Source of the DNA: Malacoraja senta
Taxonomy: Eukaryota
Reading direction: 5' to 3'
Assembly (NCBI GenBank): GCA_038087875.1
Contig: CM075988.1
Span: 15,810,001-15,874,000, forward strand
Length of the DNA stretch: 64,000 bases
Shown here: piece by piece, positions 12,901 through 24,145 of the stretch
Layout: each line of letters begins with the position of its first letter
Position numbering within the stretch: the stretch's first letter is position 1
Made by a program: the position numbers and the translations under genes
The notes under the pieces: generated by a model
Told to the model about the DNA's origin: nothing
Databases searched by the model: none
What the model saw: the letters and a program-made list of their open reading frames with translations, nothing else

Positions 12901-13489
12901 AAATGTGGTTGAAATCTCTCTAATGGAGACTCTTGGGCACTGCATTTATGTCATTTGACTGAATTTCACAATAGAAACAATGAGATCCACTGAATGTGAA
13001 ATTCTCATCTAAAAATGAGCAGATACCCAGAAATGTGTAGAAAATGGTTTTATCTGCAATTTATACCAGCAGAATGCTTATTTTGATGGGAGTTGTGTGA
13101 ATGAATTTCTAGTCCCATAGTGTTAGCTGCATTGTCAGTGATGAGTGTGTGTTAGAAGCTGGGGTCTACCTTAGTCACTTTAACCTTTGTGCCAAATAAA
13201 CGACAAAACCACTGTAAATGGGATTTAGGCATTCTTCCAGATATCTGTGGCTACAAATTATAAACTTGTATGAGCATAAGTAGGATTCTCACATAAAGCC
13301 CTGTCCGAAATATCTAATACCCCTTCCTTTTATAATGAGATATTTATTGCCCATGAAATCTTTTCTGAATCTGCCATCAATGGCAGCCACTGTTTGTCCC
13401 AAATATTTCTAGTATTAGAAGTTGTGAAATTTGGTACAGTTTGGAATTATTCTTCATTTACTATTTTAAAAATAAATCTTTGGTATTGT

Positions 13490-13584
13490 GGGGTGTGAAG
13501 AAGGGTCCCGACCCAAAACGTCACCCATCCTTTTGCTCCAGAGATGCTGCCTGGCCCGCTGAGTTACTTCAGCACTTTGTATCT
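13490..13584 (+). mobile_element. Short PLE-derived repeat; 14-bp flanking direct repeat
   Basis: ATCTTTGGTATTGT at 13476-13489 and 13585-13598. Core GTGAAGAAGGGTCCCGACCCAAAACGTCACC. Confidence 0.75.
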
Positions 13585-15040
13585 ATCTTTGGTATTGTTC
13601 TTATTTCCAGGTGTTGATTACATTCTGCACAGAGGAATTCCAACCAGTGTCCTTTTGCCGTGTAAAAAATTGCTGGTTGCCATGTTATTTCCCATTTTAT
13701 CTTTGGGTCAGATTTTCCAGAAGCATCGATGGTTGCTTTATAAGAAGCAGGAGATGTTTGTGCTAGATTGTGATTTAGCGCACTGGATTGTGCCTTGCAC
13801 TGTCATATGTCAGTGTGAGTTACAGTTTGTTAAAATGTCTCCACCTGGAAGGTAGAAATATTTGGATGCCTGTCAGCCTCTAACAGTATTGTGTAAACTT
13901 TGTAGACAACAAATAATGCACTGGCCCAGGGAGTTGTTAGGTTTTCAGTTTCTATTTAGATCAGAGAGTGCATTTTGCAACCAATGTATCTGGAAACTCT
14001 CACCACAAAATAATTTTACATAAATAAACCTGTCAAATTTTTGATTGAATTTGGTACAGTGCACTATAACTTGGATGCAAAACTTGTATTTCATCTTCTA
14101 TCTGCCATTCCCATCATCACCAACAATAGGAGTTCACTCTGCATTCAGGCTGGTATCCGTTGCATATTTGACAAGTGAAGGCGAAGTCTTTCATAGGCAG
14201 GGAAAGTGGAAACCTAAAGATCAGTAGTTCTCTTTTTGCAACAAAATTGTACTTTCCACATTGAACCTTGTTCAATGTTCCTTCAGCTGAGTTGTTATTG
14301 AGTTCCTGGCCTTATTTTACTAGGAAAGAAACAAAATCAAAGGAAACATTACCGCATTTCAGCTTGATCACATCCTACATGCCTGCAGAAATGAATGGGT
14401 GTCTCAGGGAAAAAATGTTGCCAATGGTCAGAGGGTGAGCAATGCTTCCATCAAGATGTGTTCTAAATAATACTTATCTACATTAATGACAAAAACGTTT
14501 AGGTTGTGTATTTTTCAATTAGAAAATAAACAAATCTTCAACTATAGTTTGTCTCCTCCCTTACAGCTCTTTCTGCTTGTCAAATTATGGATTAGATAGT
14601 AGATTCATATAACTATCCAGCGATGGTTGGGTACCTTCCTCTCTTAATCTCCTATTTTGGCTGTTCTCTTGCATAGGCATAGAAAATTGCAGAAGGAGCC
14701 CATATTGCCCATGCAAGCCAAAACAGTGTTATTTTGCCTAACTTTAGATGCCCATTTTGTAGAACTTTGTCTGTAGACCTATAGTGTGGCATCTCCAATG
14801 TTCATCCATTCAGGTCGTTTTAAAACATGATTAGGGTTTTTGCCTTCATCTAGCATTTAGTACCAGACCTCCCACCTTTCTTTGCATTAAAACATTGTTC
14901 CCCATTTTCCTCCAATCCACCTACTTTAAATTTATATTCTCTAGTTACCGGCCTTACTCCTAATCCTCTTATTTGATCAGCCTATGTGGTCCTTTCATAG
15001 TTGTATGCATCTGATCAAATCTCCCCTAAGCTTCTTTATT

Positions 15041-15807
15041 CTGGAAGTGGCGGCGCTGCCTAAGCAGCTGTGGCTCACCTGCAGTCCATTTGCCTTTTTT
15101 CTTTTTGTCTTTGTTTTTGTCTTGTTAGGGGTATGTTTTGGGTTTATTTTTAGTTGTGTATATGTGGGGGGTGGTGGGGGGGGTGGGGGAAACTTTTTAA
15201 ATCTCTTCCTTGAATGGGGACGCGACCTTTTCCTTGTCGTGTCTCAGTTTCGCTGGGGCCGGTCGCAGAGCCTGTGGACTTACCATCACGGAGCTGGTTG
15301 ACTTCGGAGGCTGTGGTGGCGCTGTGGCTGCGACCCAACTTCGGAGCTTCGGAGGCTTCGGCCACAGGCCCTGTGGACGTTAACATCGGGAGCTCGCAGG
15401 TCCCTGGTAGGAGACTGATTTTCGGAAGCTCCCGCAATGGCAACTTCACCCGCCACAAATCGCGGGGTTTGAATCGGCCCGTCGCAGGGCTTTTCATCGC
15501 CCGGCGTGGCTTAATCGGCCGCGGGACTTACCATCGCCCGCCGGAGGCTTTAACATCAAGAGCCTCGATCACCTCGACGCAGCAATTTGACTGCCTGACC
15601 GCGGGAGAAGAACAGGGAAGAGATAAGACTTTTGCCGTCCATCACAGTGAGGAGATGTTTGGAGATTCACTGTGATGGATGTTCGTGTAAAACTGTGCTA
15701 ATTGTGTTTTTTTGTTTTTTTGTTGCTGTTATGACGGCAGGGAACAAAATTTCGTACAAACTTTTGTTTGTTTGAATGACAATAAAAGGCATTCTAATTC
15801 TAATTCT
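15041..15807 (+). mobile_element. GC-rich non-coding (non-autonomous LINE-like) retroelement
   Basis: Starts CTGGAAGTGGCGGCGCTG, 3' hairpin at 15638-15679, ends GACAATAAAAGGC(ATTCTA)n. Related to 56190-57245. Confidence 0.65.
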
Positions 15808-16101
15808 GTCTTTATAACTACGGTTCTCTGACGTAAGATCCTCATAACTTACTTCTGCATCCACTGTAATATTATAACATCCTTTCAGAACTCTAATTCT
15901 AAAGCCAACTCGTATTTTCTATAATTATTGCATGACCCCTGCCTGAGCAATAAAGGCATGTGCGCTTTCTGACTTCTTAACTATCACATCTATTTCTAAT
16001 TTCCAACATAATTATGGTGGGCATGGGAAGGCTTCACCACAGTGAAGAGGTCTGAGGGGATATACATTCAAGACAAAGAGGAGAACATTTTAAATTAGTG
16101 T

Positions 16102-16259
16102 AGGAAAGAACTGCAGATGCTGGTTTAAATCGAAGGTAGACACAAAATGCTGGAGTAACTCAGCAGGCCAGGCAGCATCTCTGGAGAGAAGGAATGGGTG
16201 ATGTTTCGGGACGAGACCCATCATCAGTCTGAAGAATGGTCTTGACCCGAAACATCACC
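16102..16259. mobile_element. PLE-derived repeat with terminal inversion (two back-to-back hammerhead-like cores); 16-bp flanking direct repeat
   Basis: CATTTTAAATTAGTGT at 16086-16101 and 16260-16275; imperfect palindrome 16196-16260. Confidence 0.8.
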
Positions 16260-16678
16260 CATTTTAAATTAGTGTCCCTTATCTATATAATTAAAAGTCT
16301 CATCTTGACCACTTCCTGTCTGCGCTGTATATTGATTTTAGAAAAAACGCTACCCTGTATCGCTGTGATTTTTGCCCATCTTACTCACAGTCCTCCTCTG
16401 CTGAGCCAGCCCTGAGGATTTTTCCTATCGATGAAAAATAAAAAAGTCATGAGTGTTTAAAAAACCTTGATCAGCTGATTGGTCTTCTCGCCTGTCAATC
16501 ACTGCGATGAAGGTAGCGGCCCTTCTGGGGGGGCAGGACTATAAAACCCCGGATACCTGGACTTGAGTCAGACACTCTGCAAAATCGCGAGGGAGAGGCC
16601 ACGACTGTCATTCAAAGCTGTGAATCAACTGAACTGTGAGTCTGCAATGTACTTGCAATAAATGATTTGTTAGCCCTT

Positions 16679-17095
16679 AATGACAATGCCATGAGTTGTT
16701 TATCCTGCTGCCCTGCCTGTGCTTGAAAGTGCAATGCTTAATTGGAAATGAAATGACAATGCCATGAGTTGTTTGGCCTGCTGCCCTGCCTGTGCTTGAA
16801 ACTGCAATGCTTTATTAGGTCCGACTGTGTTTGGAAGGAATAAATGCTTTATTAGGTCTGACTGTGTTTGGAAGGAATAAATGCTTTATCAGTCTGACTG
16901 TGTTTGGAAGGAATAAATGCTTTATTAGGTCCGACTGTGTTTAGTCCAAAAGTCCCGCTCATTTCGTGACTTCCGCTTTGTGGACAGGTCACGCTGATTG
17001 CTTAATTTCCGTTGAGTGCAGAGGTCGCGCTGATTGCGTAATTTCTGGTAAGTGCAGAGGTCATGCTGATTGCGGAAGTGCCGCTGACTGCGGAA
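16679..17095 (+). repeat. Tandem arrays inside the Helitron: about 72 bp x2, 37 bp x3.7, 30 bp x4-5
   Basis: AATGACAATGCCATGAGTTGTT x2; AATGCTTTATTAGGTCCGACTGTGTTTGGAAGGAATA repeats; GCAGAGGTCGCGCTGATTGCG repeats. Confidence 0.9.
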
Positions 17096-17149
17096 GCCCC
17101 ACAGTGGATAGGCCGCGCTCAGCCGTGTGAGTAGATTCAAGAAAGATTA

Positions 17150-17623
17150 NNNNNNNNNNNNNNNNNNNNNNNNNNNNNNNNNNNNNNNNNNNNNNNNNNN
17201 NNNNNNNNNNNNNNNNNNNNNNNNNNNNNNNNNNNNNNNNNNNNNNNNNNNNNNNNNNNNNNNNNNNNNNNNNNNNNNNNNNNNNNNNNNNNNNNNNNNN
17301 NNNNNNNNNNNNNNNNNNNNNNNNNNNNNNNNNNNNNNNNNNNNNNNNNNNNNNNNNNNNNNNNNNNNNNNNNNNNNNNNNNNNNNNNNNNNNNNNNNNN
17401 NNNNNNNNNNNNNNNNNNNNNNNNNNNNNNNNNNNNNNNNNNNNNNNNNNNNNNNNNNTGAGTGTGTGANNNNNNNNNNNNNNNNNNNNNNNNNNNNNNN
17501 NNNNNNNNNNNNNNNNNNNNNNNNNNNNNNNNNNNNNNNNNNNNNNNNNNNNNNNNNNNNNNNNNNNNNNNNNNNNNNNNNNNNNNNNNNNNNNNNNNNN
17601 NNNNNNNNNNNNNNNNNNNNNNN
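17150..17623. other. Assembly gaps (N-runs); a further gap lies at 46220-46356
   Basis: Runs of n in the sequence. Confidence 1.
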
Positions 17624-20600
17624 GAATTGTGGAGAGGTGGAATATTGCGTTGGGGGACCAGCCCTCCCGAGTGAAGCTGGGACCCAACGGGTCCCACTTA
17701 GTCTAGTAGAGTCTAAATATTGTAGATACGTGGCATTCTAAATTAAAAACCCAAATTCCTGCAAATCCTCAAGAAATCCAGTTAGGCGATGGAGAGGTAA
17801 ATAGAGTTTACATTCAGCTTACTGAATTAACTGGCACCGAAAGTTGTTAGCTTTTAAGCGAATCAGTGGGAGAATCTGTGATAGGGCAAAAGATGCTGCA
17901 AGGCATACGTGATGGTAATGGGATAGGTATAGAAACAAAAGATGGGGTTGGAAAGACTGCAGACAGTTGCAACAGAAGTGCAGGGGAGGAAGCAGTATCT
18001 ATAATGGAATAAAGGGGTGATCCCAGGAGCATGGACCACATATCTGTTTAGTAGCAATAGTGGATGCCTGCTACAAGCACCAATCCACATCACCTCCATT
18101 TGTTCAATATTTAAATGAAGCTATATTGACAACAGGCCTGCCTTGGCTCTCTGCAGTCTGGTATCAAAGTGATTAAGAAAATGGATATGATGGTAGAAGC
18201 CGTTTTAATAACAACTCGAAGGAAATATTTGAAAATAATAATATTAATCCAATGTTTTTATTCTTTAAATTGTAGAATGATTAGTAAATTTGCTTTTGAT
18301 AATATCTTCCAAGTAAAAGAAAATTTTGGAATTCAAAAATGTGATATAAATATATTTACATCCTGAAAGAAGTAACTGCTTTTTAACACTACAGTGCCTC
18401 ATTTGCAGAAAAGCTCCCTTCTTCTGGGAATGGTGCCAAGAACAAGCAATCTTCCTGGATGAATGTAGAAAGCTGCTGAGACTTGCAGCTTGCCGACACT
18501 AGAAGCACCCTCGTCAGCAGTACTGTGCTTCTGATTAATCAGGCAATACACTGCGTATCGTCCATTAGCATCCATTACATCTTCCATAGCAATCTGATTA
18601 GGAGTTAGGTCACCATTTTTGGTGAAATAATCATTTCATTTCTCAAATTCTATGACAATATGGACAATCGATTTACAACTGAACTGTAAAATATTGTCCT
18701 ATGAAAAAGATTTATAGTGAAATATTCAAAAATAACACTTTTTTTATGAATTCCATGGATTTTAGGACACTAAATGTAAACTTTCATTTTATGCTTTCAA
18801 AAGCAAAACATTTTAAGTGTGAATCAAGTGACCCACCTCGGCATGGAGGATCCTCGCCACTTGCACGATGCAGTCAAGGAATCTCACAACGCGGAGCTTA
18901 ACTTAAAATTACATAGAATAACAGAGGTTGATGAAACCAATTTACATGGCATTGGTGGTTTTATTTGAAATGGTTTGAAAGGTGGAGGATGGAAATGAAT
19001 ATCTGTGTGATACTGTGCTGAATTCGTGTTGGTGAAGGACCGTATATTTAAATGCCCGGAGTTGCAAGTGATTGGTAAAAATGATATTAGGTTTATTTTC
19101 TCCCTTCATAATATGCATTTGGTAAAGTTTTGCAAGTGTTTCATGTGATTGAAACTGAGAGACAGATGAGTAATCATGAAAGAAAATAAATTCTCATCAG
19201 AAGGATCATCTGATGTCCAATACAACTTGGCAAAAATTCTGGTATGTGCATTTTTGGGGCTTGATTTAGATGAGTAAACTTCAAAAATGTGTACTTTTCT
19301 ATAACTGGTAGCATAGGGATATTGCCCAGGACCAATGGGCAACCTCAAACATGCACTGTCCAGTGTTTGCCTCTAGAAATGACCTGATGCCAGCTTTATA
19401 TTTACGTTCTTTTCATAATGCATTTACTGCCTGCCTTTGCAGGACAAATTAAAGACATTTCAAATTGAACATACTGGGTTGTAAACTTGACCATGGACCC
19501 TGCTCACTTTGCTCCCCCTGCCTCCCCCCCCACTAACCACTCCACTATCTCACTCCAATTCACTTCCTTCTGCTTCAACTGGAACATTGAGGGCTACAAC
19601 AGCACCTCAGATGCAACCTTGTATGAAAACACCTCATTGGAATAGGAGATGAAATGCAGAAATATGTGTTATTCAGTTCAACTAAACAGCATTCCATCTG
19701 CTAAATGGCTGCTTCTCTAGTTTGCAGATCGTTAGTGCTCACTAATCCCATCCTTGGTCATCAATCTCTTAGCATAAAATGTGCATAGGTTGTTTTGTTG
19801 AGTGTATCTGTCAATGCTTCGGAGTATGTGTGTACAGTTTCACTACAGCAGATAAACTGTGAACCAGCTTTGAGCTGGCAATTGTGTCATTTTGGTTTAG
19901 GTTATCACTCAGGTTTCTGGTGATCGCAATCTAAGAATTGGAACAGTTTGCATAAATGCTCCACGATGCTGTCAAATATCTGATTGACTTGAGGTTTGCA
20001 CTTAGCTACAATTTCAGGGATTTATAGTACCTAGAGAGGATGCAGTTCCCAGAGGGGGCACAGCACAGAACATACTCAGCAATTAACAGCAACAAGAGAG
20101 TCAAGGATCAGTCTCACTCAGAAACTCTAACTAATTAACCTTTGGAACCTATCTGAGCCTGTGAACAAAGAACAGTGATTGAATGGTGGACTTAATCCGT
20201 TGGTAACAGAAGTCAGAGCTCTTCAGGATTGCCGACCAAATTTACAGAAAATGATACAATCCTGCTGAGTTTGGGAATATCAACTGACACAACTTACTTT
20301 GAGAAATGTGATTGTTGAGGAAAGTTGAAACAAATTGAGGATTTATCTAGCAGGTAGAAGATGAAATAAAAGAAAGAAAGAGAAATAGATTAGTTAACAA
20401 TTGTGGTGTACAACTTCACCATATCTGATGATTATACATCCCAAACATTAATCTTTAATTTTTCTGTCCAGAAGCTAGAAACACAATCATGTATTTTCAT
20501 GACTTTCAGCCTATGACACAATTTTCATGGATTATTAAACATGTAAAACAATCCAGAGCAGCTAGAAATCAGCTAAAATATAAACTATGGATATGACAAA

Positions 20601-21221
20601 TCAAGACTTACATGTCAAAATATACTAAGACAATAATACCAATTGGCAACTGTGAAACATGTAAACATTTAAAATATGGGAAGAAAGATGTTGACAAATT
20701 CTAGTTCATTGTAAATGAATGTGGCAGATGTGTGCAAATCCTCCATTGCAGGGTGAACATGGTGCTAATCCTCCATTGAAAATGTGACAGCCAGAATTCT
20801 TCTGAGACTGGCATCAGAAGGTTGTCTACCTTAGGAGGAATCAGGCTGGAGCTGTCACTGGGAATGGTGAATGTGATTGAGGGAATTGGTGGTGGTGGGA
20901 GGTGGCTGTTGATGACCAGCGAGCAGAACTTTCAAAGATGGCGATTCAGATTGGGGAAATCATGGTGTAATCAGAACACTTGGGTCTTGGCTGGTTATGG
21001 GATTGAGCATGTTGTTGGGGGAATGGGGTGGTTGCAGTTTTCAAAGCATGGAGGTTAGCAATTACTTGGCAGATATCCAAGTCTGGCATTGTCAGAGGAA
21101 GAGCCAGTTCTATTTGGCTGAGCTCAAGAATGACAGCAGTCAACCTTATTTCAGTACTCTTGTCTCTGACAGGGATGGGTGTGAAGTGGATGTTTCCAGT
21201 CGTGGGAAAGTGCAGAACGAG

Positions 21222-21353
21222 AGTAAGAAAGAACTACAGATGCTGGTTTACACCAAAGATAGACACAAAATGCTGGAGTAACTCAGTGGGTCAGGCAACA
21301 TCTCTGGAGAAAAGGAATTGGTGACATTTCGGGTCGAGACCTTTCTTCAGACC
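21222..21353 (-). mobile_element. Short PLE-derived repeat
   Basis: Minus-strand core GGTCTGAAGAAAGGTCTCGACCCGAAATGTCACC. Confidence 0.75.
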
Positions 21354-22829
21354 CTACAACAGATAACAGTCTATTGGCTTTACTAATTACCTGCTGTACC
21401 TCAGTATTATCTTTTTGTGAATTCAGCACTGAGCTATCCAGATTCCTCTGCATCTCAGTTGTTCAAATGAATAGCTTCTGACTATGGGGGACGGAGGGGT
21501 GAATCCAACCACTGAAAATTGCCCCCCAGTTTGTGGGTGTGCAGTGGAATCTGGGGAGACCCGATAGGAATATGAGGGAAAATAAAATAATATTAATGTA
21601 AAAGGGAGATTGATGGTTGACACCAACTGGGTCATCTGCAGTGCCTGATTCTCTACTGTATAACTCTGACTTTTTGACTGTTCATTATAAATTGGCTTTG
21701 TGTTGCACATCACCAGCACTCATTCTCAGTTAATCCTTCAAAAATAAATCAGAGCACAAATCAAATATTACATTCCTAAAATGCGATTGAGGTGAAAAAT
21801 GTTTTTATACTATCGAATTTCTGGGTTCTTGACTCCAGACATAAGTAAAAGTGTAATTCCTGGTAATCATATTATAACGTGGCACTGACAATGTGCTATG
21901 TAAATTATCTCTACCCCGATAAATATTATGTGGATCACTGGTGTTAAAGGGAAATGGTCTGTTTGCAGTATCTAATATTATCTGGAACTCAATCATTTCC
22001 ATCGTAGTAAATAAGAATCTGCTGTGCTAACTTGACTCAAGTGTTTTCACTCTTACATAGAAACATAGAAAATAGGTGCAGGAGTAGGCCATTTGGCCCT
22101 TCGAGCTAGCACCGCCATCCAATATGATCATGGCTGATCATCCAAAATCAGTACCCCGTTTTCCTGCTTTCTCCCCATATCTCTTGTTTACTATAAACAC
22201 ATTTTTCATTACAATCACATTTCCACAAACTAGGGGGCAAAATACAGTTACCAATTAACCTATCAACGCAATGCGGGGAAAAGACAGAGCATCCAGAGGA
22301 AACCCAATGGTCACACAAAGCACATACAACTCCACATGGACTGCACCAGAGGACAGGATTGAACTCCGGGAATGTAACCATAATTGGGTTGATATTTCAG
22401 GGCACTACCAAAAATGAACTGTCAAAGCTGCTATCCTTTGGATGAGGTCTTAAACTGTGTTGTCTTACTGTTTTATTGTTTTAGATGGACCGTGCATTTC
22501 CTTGTTTAGCTGAATCATGATTTCTCGACCCAAAACAGGTTAATTGGTCATTTATCTCCATGACTGCGAGTATAGTGTTTTACTTAGAATAGGCTGTACT
22601 TATGTCTCCACACAGCTCACTGATGTTTGAAAGTTATTGATTGAGTGAAATATTGTGCTAAGATGCTGAATGGATAGAAGGATTTATTAATTACTTCACA
22701 CTGTCAAAGCAGAAAGTGAGCAAGGAAAGTATAAATATTGTCTGTGGAATTATTTTTTGAAATAGGGGATAAACATAGCAATTATTTTTATTTCGCTCTT
22801 TGTAATGTTTGAGAATTATTTGAATATGG

Positions 22830-24050
22830 ATGGAGGAGCTATGATCAGTAAAATTGCAAGATGATGCAAAGAATGGTGGAGTTGTTGATAGTCTTAGGCT
22901 ACAGGTTGATATTGATGTTTTGGTGAAATGGACTGAGAAGTGGCAGACAGAGTTCAATCCCGATAAATGTGAGGTGAGGCATTTTGAGAGCACGAATGAG
23001 GCTGAAAGATACAGTATCAGTTCCCAGGGGATATTGAGGTGCAAGTCTAATGATCCGGGAAAGTGGCAACAGATGGATGACATAGCAAAGAAGGAATATG
23101 GGATACAGACCTTCATTAGTCAGGGCATTGAGTACAAGAGCAAGGAAGTTAGACCACATCTGGAGTATTGCATGCAGTTCTGGTCACTGGTGTGTTTACA
23201 CTCATGCTATGCTGCTGCAAGTAAGAACTTCATTGTTCCATTGTCGGTACAGATGGCAATTAAACACTTGAACTATAGGAAAGATGTGATAGCTTTGATG
23301 AGAGGATGCAAGGAGATTCAGTTATGAGGAGAAACTATTATTTTTTTCCCTGAGTGGAGGAGGTTACGACTGGACATTATAGAGATATATAAAATTATTA
23401 GAGGGTGGCATATCTGGTAGAGCTGCACCTCACAGCACCGGAGACCCGGGGTTGATTTCTACCTCGTGTACTGTCTGTGCAGAGTTTGCACGTTCTCCAT
23501 GTGACTGTGTGCGTTTCCTCCAGATGCTCTGGTTTCCTCCCACATTCTGAAAATGTACAGGTTTGTAGGTTGTAGGGCCTCTGTAAATTGCCCCTCGTAT
23601 GTAGGGAGTGGGAAAGTGGGATAATATAGAACTAGAGTGAAGGGGTGATTGATGGTTGGTGTGGACCGGTGGACAAAGGGCCTGTGTCTATGGTCTATCT
23701 TCAAACTAAAGTAAACTAAACTAAGTATAAATAAAATAGACGACAGGAAACATTCCATATTAGAGGTAGATGAAATCAGAAAACATAGATTTTTAGCAAA
23801 AGGGGTAAGTGATTTAGAGGGGATCTGAGGGGTCCTTTATTACTCAGAGAATTGTGAGTGCTTTGAATGCACTGCCGTGGAGAGTCGTGGAAGTAGAGCT
23901 TGCTGAAGGCATTTAAGTGTTTAGATGAGCACTTAAAATCACCTCTGCATAAAAGGCTATTGGCCAGATACTGGAAGATGGGATGAATACAGATGGGTGC
24001 CCACTAGTTGGTGTGTACGTATGGGCCTGTTTTCATGCTCTATGACTAAT
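22830..24050 (+). mobile_element. Decayed CR1 LINE fragment interrupted by a SINE (23403-23720)
   Basis: KWQTEFNPDKCEVRHF, RPHLEYCMQFWS. Confidence 0.85.
23403..23720 (+). mobile_element. HE1/V-SINE-like SINE. Other copies: about 22220-22370(-), 24305-24620(+), 31080-31355(-), 32535-32855(+), 40065-40335(-), 41522-42065(+), 48415-48845(+), 54870-55140(-), 59455-59720(-)
   Basis: Shared body GAGTTTGYACGTTCTCC...GGTTTCCTCCCACA...GTAGGTTAATTGG. Confidence 0.8.
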
Positions 24051-24085
24051 ATGAATAACTACTTTATCGTTCCCCCTTCTTGCAG

Positions 24086-24145
24086 GCACAGAAACGAATA
24101 GAGATCTTAGATTTAATCAAGAAACAAAAGGAGGAAAGAATAAAG
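24086..24145 (+). CDS. HOATZ: HOATZ exon 4 (AQKRIEILDLIKKQKEERIK)
   Basis: Acceptor cccttcttgcAG, donor GTAAGC, phase 0-0. Matches human [20 protein letters not shown]. Confidence 0.92.

Larger units (their letters stand above)
16282..17706 (+). mobile_element. Non-autonomous Helitron with internal minisatellites; contains assembly gaps
   Basis: A|TCTATAT 5' end, CTAG|T 3' end, GC-rich hairpin TGGGACCC-AAC-GGGTCCCA at 17678-17696, no TSD. Continuity across the N-runs is assumed. Confidence 0.8.

Noticed and set aside
17061-17741. ORFs spanning N-runs (also 46143-46448)
   Set aside because: Artefacts of assembly gaps.
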